This document shows positions 37,301 to 49,300 of a stretch of 64,000 nucleotides of DNA, piece by piece. The translations under genes and the position numbers were made by a program. Below the pieces are notes generated by a model that made no database searches, had not been told where the DNA came from, and saw nothing but the letters and a program-made list of their open reading frames with translations. The first letter of the stretch is position 1, and the number at the start of each line of letters is the position of its first letter. This DNA comes from a virus (taxonomy: Duplodnaviria; Heunggongvirae; Uroviricota; Caudoviricetes), in IMG/VR virus record IMGVR_UViG_3300025896_000021; one strand, written 5' to 3'.

Positions 37301-40300
37301 AGTAGCATCATCCATTGACAATACAGTAGTTGATGCGGTAGTGCTAGTTAATGCAATATTACCTGTACCAAAAGCTAGTACACGAACATTCGTGTTGCTT
37401 GAACTGAATCCAGCCGTTGTTAGTGTAAAATTGTTTAGATTCAGTTTTCCTAGAGTTAATGAGGTAACTCCTGTTACAGTTAATGCACCACTTAATGTTA
37501 CTATGTCAGGTGAAGATGCTATTAATGGAATAGCTATAATAGTAGAAACATTAGGTGATCCAGTCGTTGATGATGGATCCGCGTAAACGGACATGTAACT
37601 AATAATTACTACACCCGAGCCGCCTGCGCCACCGCTAGTATTTCCGCCACCACCGCCGCCACCTCCGCCGCCGGTGTTAGATGTGCCTGCTGATCCGTTT
37701 TGGAGGTTACCTCCACCTGCTCCGCCGCCGCCATTGCCGCCAGCGCCCGGAGTAGTATTTCCGCCACCACCACCACCGCCAGCATAATATGTTTCTGTAC
37801 CGGCAATAACAGAAGATAGTCCGTCGCCGCCAGAACTAGCGACAGTAGCCACTGCATCAGCGGCTGCAAAGCCTGCACCACCACCACCACCAGAAGAATC
37901 TGCATTTGCCGGGCCGGCTGCTGCTGCTGCACCACCGTTATTACCTTGACCTGCAGTACCGAGTCCGCCTATACGGGTGCCTAGGCCACCTCCACCTCCA
38001 CCACCGGATCCGCCTGCACCACCTGGGACTCGCTGCCCGCCGTAACCTCCACCAATTGCTATACTATCATGAAATGAAGATATTGATCCTGATGTTCCGC
38101 TAATACCAGTGGCTGCAATGCCACCTGATCCGACTGCTATTGAATAACTAGATCCGGGTACTATACTAGCACTTGATAAAATTAGACCGCCGGCACCGCC
38201 GCCGCCCCCGCCACCACCGGCACCAATACCTCCTCCTCCTCCACCACCGCCTGCAGCTACTAAATATTCAACTGTCGGTGGTGCATTAGATGCAGGGAAA
38301 GTTATTGACCCGGAACTATTAAACGTATAAACTTTATATGGAACCAGTACGTCGGGGTTATTAGAATTGATGTTTAGTGCTGCAATAGTTTTACCATTAC
38401 TAGTAATAGTTCCAGTACCAACCATATTTACTGTTAGATTAGTGTATGTTCCGCCAGTTGCTAATATTATAGAATTGACATTAACTGTTGTCACTGCAGG
38501 TGTGCTAGAACTACCAGTAAAATTCAAAGTATTAAACCAACTATTAGTTATGATAGTAGGAATAGCTGTACCACTGTAAATAGATAAATTAGGTGCCTTA
38601 GTTGATGAGCCACCTGCTGTACTACCAAATCTAAATGTTTGTGCTACACTCAATGCACTAGTAAATCCACCAGTACCAGTACAAGTAAAGTTAGTAGCAT
38701 CTGCCATTGACAATACAGCAGTTCCGGCTGCGGCGGCCGTACTTATTGCAATGTTGCCTGATCCAAAATCAATTGCACGAACATTCGTATTACTTGAAAT
38801 AAAACTACTAGTTGACAGTGTGAAATTGTTTAGATTAATTTTTCCAAAAGTTAATGTCGTAGTTCCTGTTACAAACAATGCGCTACTTAACGTTACTATG
38901 TCAGATGTAGTCTGTGTTACTGCTACTAAAGGGACCGCAATAGTATAAACAGCAGGTGATCCAGTCGTTGACGTTGGATCCGCGTAAGTAGCTAGATAAC
39001 GGATACTGACTAGGCCCGATCCACCACCACCACCGAGGCCGGTGCCGCCATTGAATCCCCCGCCCCCGCCGCCACCGCCCTTATTAGCTGTACCGTTGCT
39101 GCCATTAGAATCCGAGCCCCCTGCCCCTCCGCCACCATTTCCGCCAGCGCCGGCCGAAGTACTCTGCGCACCGCCGCCACCGCCACCGGCGTAATAACTA
39201 GATGTTCCGGATATAGAGTTTAATAGACCCACACCGCCTGCGCCGCCAACGCTGCCATTGTCGCCGATGGCTCCCATTCCGCCGCCACCGCCGCCGCGCC
39301 ACGGGCCAGGAGTGCCGCCATCGAAGCCTTGGCCGCCGCCATATCCTTGATTTCCGGCTGCACCTGCTTGATTGCCGTTCTGCGAGCCACCGCCACCGCA
39401 GGCACCAGTAGTTGGGCCGTTGATATCCTGATAGCCACCACCGCCACCGCCGTTTCCTGTAACTCCAGAAAAAGATGATGCAGTTCCGACAGCACCCGCA
39501 CTGTCGGCTATTACGGTAGCGGCTCCGCCGCTACCAACAGTAACCGGGTAACTTATCCCACTAGTTATCGAAGATGTTCCCGCTACTAATCCGCCGGCAC
39601 CGCCACCTCCGCCACCACGCTGGGCGCCGCCGCCTCCCCCGCCTCCCCCGCCAACTACTAGATATTCAACTGTAGGTGGTGCATTAGATGCAGGGAAAGT
39701 TATTGACCCGGAACTATTGAAAGTAACAACTTTATATTGTTCTGTTGTGTTAGGGTTATTAGAGTTGACAGTTAGTGCTCCAATAGTTTTACTATTGCCG
39801 TTGATAGTACCATTACCAACCATATTTACCGTTAGATTGGTATATGTTCCGGTGCCGGGCAGTGTTAAACTGTTGAGATTCAATGTAGCCACATCCGGTG
39901 TGCTAGAACTACCGGTAAAGTTTAAAGTATTAAACCAACTACCGGATATGAATGTTGGTATTGAGGCGCCACTAGTCAATGATAGGTTAGGTGCATTGAC
40001 TGATGTGCCCCCCGCAGTAGATCCAAAATTAAATGTTCTAGCTACACTCATTGCACTAGTAAATCCACCGGTACCAGTGTAGCTAAAATTAGTAGCAGTT
40101 GGCATACTAAGGTTTACTACGGCAGCAGTAGTAGTTGCTAATATAATATTGTTAGTACCAAAAGCAATTGAACGAGTGTCAGTAGTATTTGAAATAAATC
40201 TACCAAATGTTTGATTAACACCACCTAAATTCAATGTACCAGCAACTAAACTAAAACTACCAGTCGCACTGTAAGTTTGTGTTCCATCTAGTGTTAGTGT

Positions 40301-43300
40301 TCCATCAATTAAATTAAAACCAATGCCAGCTAATGTTTTACTGTATTGACTGGTCCATGTTTGTGTTCTAGTGAATAATGGAGTCAATCCAGTGTAAGTG
40401 CCGGCGGTAGCTAATGTCAATGTAGACACGTTTACCGTAGTTGCTGCGGGTGTACAAGTACTACCTGTAAAATTAAGTGCGTTAAACCAGCTACCACTGG
40501 TAATTGTTGGTATTGCAGCACCGCTAGTAATAGATAAGTTTGGTGCGTTACTTACAGAGCCGCCTGTTGTACTGCCGAATGTAAATGTTCTATCTACTGA
40601 CATTGCACTAGTAAATCCACCAGTACCAGTACAAGTAAAGTTAGTAGCATCTGCCATGTCTAAATTCAGCACTGCTGATCCACTAGGGACTGATAAAACA
40701 ATATTGCCGGTACCAAACGCAATTGATCTTGTGTTTGTGTTAGTCGAAATGAAAGCAGCAGTTGTTAATGTATACCCAGCTAGCGCCAGTGTCCCACTAG
40801 TTAACGTGACCGAACAATTCAACACATAGTTTACTGCAAAATTTCCACCCAGTGTAGTGGTGGCCGAATGATTGATAGTTAGCCCGCCTAATGATGCAGT
40901 GCCATTACCTATAATAATGCCACTGCCAACCAGGTTTACAATCAAAGCAGTATAGCTGCCGCCGCCACTGGATAATGTCAGCCCGTTTAAGTTTAATGTA
41001 GTTACACTGGGGGAAAATGCAGTAGTACCAAAATCAAGTTTATTAAACCAGCTACCAGTAGTCAATGTTTGTATAGCGGTACCTGAACCAGTAAATGTCA
41101 AGTTAGGAGCGTTGGCACTAGTGCCACCGGTAGTACCAAAAACAAATGTTCTTTCCCTATCCGCCGGTATTACAAATCCACCGGTGCCAGTGCAGGTAAA
41201 GTTGGTAGCATTGCCAAAGTTAAGAGCTGTTACTAGTGTAGCAGTAGTAGTCAATACAATATTGTTGGTGCCAAATGCAATCAATTCGGCGGTACTGTTG
41301 GCACTAAATGTTCCAATTGAGAAATCATATCCACCTAAATTTAATTTTCCTGCCTGCAATAAAAAGCTGGAAATAGCAGGGAATGTTTGTGTACCATCTA
41401 ATGTAAGCGTACCGCCAGCCAGGTTAAACCCCATGCCACCCAGTTGTTTACCATATTGCATTGACCAAGTTTGTGTTCTAGTAAATCTAGCTACCAAACC
41501 GGTATAATCGCCACCTGTGGCCAATATCAAGGTGTTCACGTACGCCGCTGCTGCAATCGGTGCGCAGGTACTACCAGTAAAGTCTAACTTATTAAACCAA
41601 CTGTTAGTAGTGATAGTTGGTACAGCACTACCACTAGTAATTGCTAGGCTCACTGCATTTGTCTCAGAGCCTCCAGTGGTTCCGAAAGTAAATGTGCGGG
41701 TGATTGATGCCGCAGTGACAAATCCACCAGTACCTGATGTAGTAAAGTTAGTAACAACTGCCATTGACAGAACAGTAGTAGCGACAGTAGTATGTGTCAG
41801 TGTAATATTACCTGTACCAAATTCAATTGAGCGGGCAACGATACCGGTCGAACTGAATATACCAGTACTCAAATTATAGTTATTCAAATTCAATGAGCCA
41901 GCAGTTAATGTATATGTACCATTCACGGTGAGAGCGTAACTCTTACCTAGTGTCACCGTACCTGCATTATGATTAAACGTAGCTACCGGACTTATTGTTC
42001 CACCAAGGTAAGTAAGTGATCCTGAATTTAAGGTAATAGCTGAACTCGGAGTGATGATACCATTATCAAGTACAAAATTTCCAGCAATATTAAACGAAGT
42101 GCAAACAAAAACATTAATGTTAGAGAATGAGCCGCTAGAATAGATGGCAACAGTTCCGGTCAAGTTAAAATTATTGAAGTCAATGTTACCAGTAGTGTAT
42201 GTATGCGTAGTGCAGGTTAGTGCCCCCGCTAATGAAGTAGTTCCTAAATCAGTATGATTTATAACTAATGCTGCTATGCTCTTGCCATTAGGTGTGATTA
42301 TACCATTAGACCGCATGGTTGCTGAAATACCAGTAAATGTGCCGCCACTAGATAACGTTAGGTTATTGACATTTACTACTGTTGCTGCAGGGGTGCAACT
42401 ACTACCAGTGAAGTCAAGAGTATTAAACCAACTATTAGTTGTAATAGACGGTATTGCTGTTCCGCTATTAATTAATAAGTTTGGTGCATTCGCCGTGCTA
42501 GCACCGAGGGTGCTGCCAAATTGATATGTTCTTGCTATAGTAGCATCAGACACAAAGCCTCCGCTGATACTAGTATAACTAAAGTTAGTAGCATCAGCTA
42601 CTGACAGCACTGCGCCCGCAGTAGTAGTGTTCAAAATAATATTAGTATTTTTAAACACAACTGAACGAATACTTGTGCCTGAACTAATGAATGACCCAAT
42701 TGTTAAATCATACCCACCTAAGTCTAACGTACCTGCTATCACTGAGCACACTGAAGTTGCAGTATATGTTTGAGTGCCGTCTAGCGTAACAGTAGTGAAA
42801 AGTCTGTTCACCCCGATACCACCTAACTGTTTACTGTGCTGACTAGTCCAAGTTTGTGTTCTAGTAAAGCAAGGGATCAATCCAGTATAAGTTCCAGTAG
42901 CGTCAAGCAGTAGCGTATCTATATTGACGGTAGTTGCAGCCGGGGTACAAGTACTGCCGGTAAAATCTAATACTTTGAACCAACTGTTAGTTGTAATAGT
43001 TGGTACAGCACTACCACTAGTGATTGCCAAGCTAGGTGCATTGTTAAAGTTAGCACCCAAAGTACTACCAACTGTAAATGTTTTGGTCACATCTGCTGTT
43101 GTTCTAAATCCACCAGTCCCGGTATAGTTGAAATTAGTAGCGTCTGCCATTGACAGTACAGTTTGTGCTGCTGTTGTGTGAGTTAACATAATATTACCCG
43201 TACCGAATAATATAGAACGGGCAATGATACCAGTTGAACTGAATATACCAGTAGACAACGTAAAATCATTCATTGCTAGTGTACCAGCAGTGAACGTGTA

Positions 43301-46300
43301 AGTACTGTTTGGTGCTAAGGTCAAGTCACTAGTCATATTAACAGTACCGCTAGTGTGTGTAAAATTTGTCACCGAAGACAAATCTCCACCAACATAATTA
43401 AATGTACCAGATGCTACAGTAAAAGTAGGAGTATTTATTACGCCGCTAATGAATGAAAATACTCCGGTTGAGATAGTGACACTAGCGCAAGTAATAGTAG
43501 CATCGGTCAACGTTCCACCAGTATAGGACATTGCTCCTGTACTATTTATAGTATAGGTTTGATAATCAATGAATCCATCTAATTGGAAGTAATTTGCACA
43601 TTGTATGTTGCTAGCTAATGTAACTGTACCAAGTGTGTTAACAGTAAATGATCCGATTGTTTTACCGGCAGTATTGATGGTACCAGTACCGATCATATTA
43701 GGTGATAGTGCGGTGTACGTGCCATTAATAGATAACAACAGAGTAGTAAGATTTAATGTAGTTGTACCTGGATTGAATGAAGTAGTGCCAAAATTTAGTG
43801 AGTTAAACCAACTAGCAGTGGTAAGAGTTTGCACTGCTGCACCAGTAGTAAAAGTTAAGTTAGGTGCATTAGCTGTTGTACCGCCAATGGTGTTACCAAA
43901 AGCAAAAGTCCGTGTTATATCTGCTGCTGCTCTAAAGCCGCCGATACCAGTGCAACTAAAATTAGTAGCAGTTGACATATTAAGGTTTACTGCGGCTGCT
44001 GTACTAGTTGCGAGAATAATATCATTGAGACCAAAACTTATTTCACGAATATTTGCGTTACTTGAACTGAATATACCAGTAGTTAAGTTGTAACCGTTTA
44101 AAACTATGTATCCAGCAGTCAATGTATACGTACCGGTAGCAGTGAGCGCATACGCTTTAGAAAAAGTTGCGACGCCTGAAGTATGAATGAATGCCGGTGC
44201 CGGACTTAACGTACCACCGACATATTCAAATGTACCTGACGCTAATATGAAGCTAGTGCTAGGAGTAAGTGTACCGTTGGTAAGAGTGAAGTTACCGTTA
44301 ACAGTAAAAGTAGTGCAAGAAATTATACCAGTATTAGCGTATGTACCAGATGTGTAAGCTATTGCACCTGCGCAGGTTAAATTATATGTACCAAAATCAA
44401 TATCACCTGATGTTTGAGTATATGTTCCTGAAACTGTCAAGGATCCAGTAAAAGTTGTAGTACCAATGTGGTTGACGACTAATACGAACATTGATTTACC
44501 GTTACCGTTAATAGTACCAGTGTCAACTATATTTGCAGTCAAGTTAGCATATGATGCAGCACCACCAAGAGTTAATGATTTAAGATTTAATGTTACGAGT
44601 GTACCAGTAGCAGACCCAGATACAATACAAGTACTACCAGTCAAATCAAGTTTATTAAACCAACTGGTTGAAAAAAACAATATTTCATTAGAACCACTAG
44701 TAATAGACAAATTGGGTGCGTTAGAATCAGTACCACCTGCGGTGCGACCAAAATCAAATCTTCTACCAACTATATCTGCAGCGGCAACAAATCCACCTAT
44801 ACCGGTATATGAGAAGTTAGTAGCATCGGCCATTGACAAACAATTAATATTAGTAACAGTATTTGTTAATACAATGCTACCCGAACCAAATGCAATTGCA
44901 CGAGTGTTAGCATTAGATGAACTAAAGATACCAGTTGTTAATGTAAACCCACCTAAGTCTAGTGTACCACTTGTCAGTGCATAAATACCAGTAGTAGTGA
45001 GGCTATAATCTTTACCAAATATCACATCACCTGATGTATGAGTGAATAGAGGAGTTGGGCCCATCGATCCTAGTGCAGCCAATGTATATGAACCTGAGTT
45101 AATTACAAAACTAATGCTGCAATTTATAGATCCACTGTCAAGTACTAGAGTAGGTCCGTTGAGCGTAAAAGTAGTACAACTAATATTTCCAAAATTAAGT
45201 ATTACTCCACCATTATAATTGATTACCCCCAGTGAGGTAAATGCAAACCCAGCTAAATCTAAAGTAGTGTTTATCAACTGAGTATGAGCATTGACTCCCA
45301 ATGCACTTAGTAGGGTAGTTGTCCCTGTAGTAGGAATAGTAAACGTGTTTACTGACTTACCATTACCGCTGATAGTGCTAGCAGGTCCAAACATATTTGC
45401 AGTTAATGCAAGATATGTACCGCTACTGGATAATATTAACTCATTTACATTTATAATAGCAGGAGCACTTGTGCCAGTGCTACCAGTAAAGTCAAGTTTC
45501 TTAAACCAACTATTGTTTACCGAATCAAATGGAGCACTACCCGATGCTACAAATAAATTAATCGCATTGGAGGTATCGGCGCCGGATGTGCTACCAAAAT
45601 TGAACGATTGGGCTACGCCCATACTACCTTTAAATCCGCCGGTGCCTGTATAAGTGAAGTTGTCAGCAATTGGCATATCTATGCCGGCGGTAGTAGTTAC
45701 TATATAGTTAGTGCCAAAAATTATTGAACGTACCGTATTATAAGACGAAGCAAACGATCCGGTTGTCAAATCATAGCCATTCAAATCTAATGTAGGAGCT
45801 AAAGTGGCGCCAAATGTAGTAGTGCCGACCACAGTAACCGTTCCGACTAAACTTGTAGTACTGTCATGGTTTATAGTTAATGCCGCGATTGATTTACTGT
45901 TACCATTAATAGTACTCATTCCAACCATGTTTATAGTCATGAGAGTGTAGGTGCCATCACCTAAAATTAACGACTGTGTGTTAAAACTTCCAGTTACTCC
46001 GGTGCTACTACCGGCTACCGTACTTGTACTACCGGTATAGTCAACAGTTTTGAAATAACTTCCAGTGTACATCAGAACTTCACTAGCACCACTAGTGATT
46101 GACAAATTGGGTGCATTAGTTAATGTGGCTCCACCAGAACGACCGAAGTCAAATCTTCTAGAAGTTGTCATTGCGCTAGTAAAGGCGCCTGTGCCAGTAT
46201 AAGTAAAGTTAGTAGCAATAGCCATTACTAGAGCACTATTACCTGCAATAGTATTAGTCAATACAATATTAGTAGAACCAAATATTATTGAACGCTCATT

Positions 46301-49300
46301 TGTATTAGTTGAACTGAATACACCAGTTGTTAACGTGAATCCACCTAAATCTAATATACCTGTTGTTAATGTAGTGGTTCCGCCTGCGGTCAATGAGAAT
46401 GCATCTACCAATGTAGTAGTACCCGACACTGAATTGATATTCAATATTGCTAAAGTCGCATTTCCATTAGATTTGATAGTTCCAGTACCAACCATGTTTA
46501 TAGTCATGGTAGTATAAACGCCTGCGGCCGATGAAAGAGCTAAACTATCAAGATTTAATGTAGTTGTTCCTGGATTAAACGCAGTAGTACCAAAGTCTAG
46601 TTTATTAAACCAACTACTACTAGTCAGTGTTTGAATAGCAACGCCTGTAGTAAATGTTAAGTTAGGTGAGTTGTTAGTTGTTCCTCCGGTCGTACCAAAG
46701 GTAAACGTTCTAGTAATATCTGCTGCTGCCACGAATCCACCAGTACCGATATAAGTGAAGTTAGTAGCAGTCGCTATATTAAGGTTTACTGCGGCTGCGG
46801 TAGTAGTCGCTAATATAATATTATTAGAACCAAAACTTATTGAACGAGTGTTGGTATTAGTAGAACTGAATGTACCTATAGTTAGATCGCTGCTACCTAA
46901 GTCTAAAGTACCAAGAACTAGTAAAAATATTGATGTTGCAGTATATGTCTGTGTGCCATCTAATGTTAGTGTTCCGCTGCCTAAGTTAAATCCAATGCCG
47001 CCTAGTTGTTTACTGAACTGACTTGACCAAGTTTGTGTTCTAGTGAATACAGGAATTAGTCCAGTGTAAGTTCCGCCTGTTGCTAGAGTCAATGTACTGA
47101 CGTATATACCTAGAGTAATCGCAGACATTGCCGGGGTACACGTACTACCAGTAAAATTTAAAGTGTTGAACCATGATCCATTAGTAAATGTCGGAACTTC
47201 TGCTCCACTAGTGATAGATAGATTAGGTGCATTAGTTGATGAACCACCTGCGATATAACCAAATCGTAATGTGCGAGTAACGTTCATTCCTGTAACAAAC
47301 CCGCCCGTTCCAGTGTAACTAAAGTTAGTAGCATCTGATACTTCTAACACCACAACCGCAACAGTAGTATGTGTTAATACGATGTTGCCTGTACCAAATG
47401 CAATTGAACGAACAATAATGCCGTTTGTGTTGAATATACCAGTGGTCAGTGTAAAATCATTAAGATTTAATGTGCCACTTGTTAGAGTAGTAGTACCGGT
47501 GACAACAGTGGTTAATGCATCATTTAAAGTAGTAATTGCTGTACTATTGACAGTCAATGCTGCAATTGTTTTACCAGCAGTAGTTACACTGCCGGTGCCA
47601 ATTCCTACTATAGTTAAACCAGTATAAGTGCCGCCGGTATTTAAGATAATAGTGCTGACGTTCACTGATGTAGTAGGAACTGCGAATGCAGTAGTACCAA
47701 AATCAAGAGTGTTAAACCAACTACCAGTTGAGAATGTTGCTATACCAGCGCCAGTGCCAGTTAGCTTTATCTTAGGTGCGTTGGCTGCAGTAGGGGCAGT
47801 ACCACTAGTGCCGAATATATATGATCGTGTTACTGAGGCATCACTTTCAAACTGTCCAGTGCCGGTGTAAGTGAAGTTACTAGCGTTCGCTACTGATAAT
47901 ACGTTTGTTCCTGCCGCGGTAGTTGCTAATATAATTTTATTAGTACCAAACGCAATTGAACGGGCTAAGGTACTAGATGCAGTAAATGAACCTATAGTTA
48001 AATCTCTACCATTCAAATCGAATGTACCTGAATTCAAGTTGATGCTAGAAGTTGCTGCGCCAAACGGCAAGTTACTTGGTAGATAAAACGTACTCAAAGT
48101 ATTGATAACTAATCCACTGATAGGTTTACCATTAGAAACTATAGTACCACTACCAACCATTGTAGGTGTCAAACTGGTATATGTTCCACCAGTTGATAGT
48201 ACCAAATCGTTGACATTCAATCCAGTGCCAGGGAGCACGAATGCAGTAGTACCAAAATCTAGTTTATTAAAATAACTAGCAGTAGTAAGAGTTTGTATTG
48301 CGGTACCAGTAGTAAATGTTAAGTTAGGAGCGTTCGCTGATGTGCCGCCTGTAGTACCAAATGTAAATGATCTTGTTATATTTGCTGCTGCGTTGAATCC
48401 ACCGGTGCCTGTACAACTAAACCCAGTAGCAGTTGCCATGTTCAGGTTAGTTGCTGCCGCAGTAGTAGTTGACAATATAATGCTACTGGTACCGAAAGTT
48501 ATTGAACGAGTGTTAGTGTTAGTCGAACTGAATGTTCCAATAGTTAAATCACCAGTTAAATTCAATGTGCCAGCAGTTAGGGTGAATGCAGCAGTAGGAA
48601 CAAACGTTGGGGTGCCGTCTAAAGTTAGTGTTCCGCCACTTAAGTTAAATACCATACCTCCTAATTGTTTACTGAATTGACTTGTCCACGTCTGTGTTCT
48701 AGTGAACGACGGTATTAAAGCTGTATATGTACCACCTGATGCCAATGTTAATGTAGACACGTTAACTGTAGTTGCAGCAGGGGTACATGTGCTACCGGTA
48801 AAGTCTAACGTATTAAACCAACTGTTAGTTGTGATAGTAGGTATTGCAGCACCACTAGTAATAGCTAAGTTAGGTGCATTAATTGATGTGCCGCTAGTGG
48901 TTCCAAAAGTAAATGTGCGGGTGATTGATGCCGCAGTGACAAATCCACCAGTAGTTGCGGTTGTTGTAAGATTAGTTACAATTGCCATATTCAATACTGT
49001 AGTAGCGGCAGTAGGGTGCGCTAATACAATATTACCTGTATCAAATGCAATTGCACGGATAGTAGTATTAGACGAACTGAATATACCAGTTGTTAATGTA
49101 AAACTAGCTAATGCAAGAGTGCCGCTTGTCAATGTAGTAGTAGCGGTGTTAACTGTTGTGAGTGCATCTCCTAATGTTGTAGTACCTGATATACTATTAA
49201 TAGTTAATGTCGGTAGAGGTTTGCCATTGGAAATAATAGTACCAGTTCCTACCATTGTCGGCGTTAAAGTAGTAAATGTACCACCACTTGATAATGTTAA

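Noticed and set aside
37560-39700. High-GC islands as evidence of horizontal transfer or simple repeats
   Set aside because: Explained by poly-Gly codons in frame with the giant ORF
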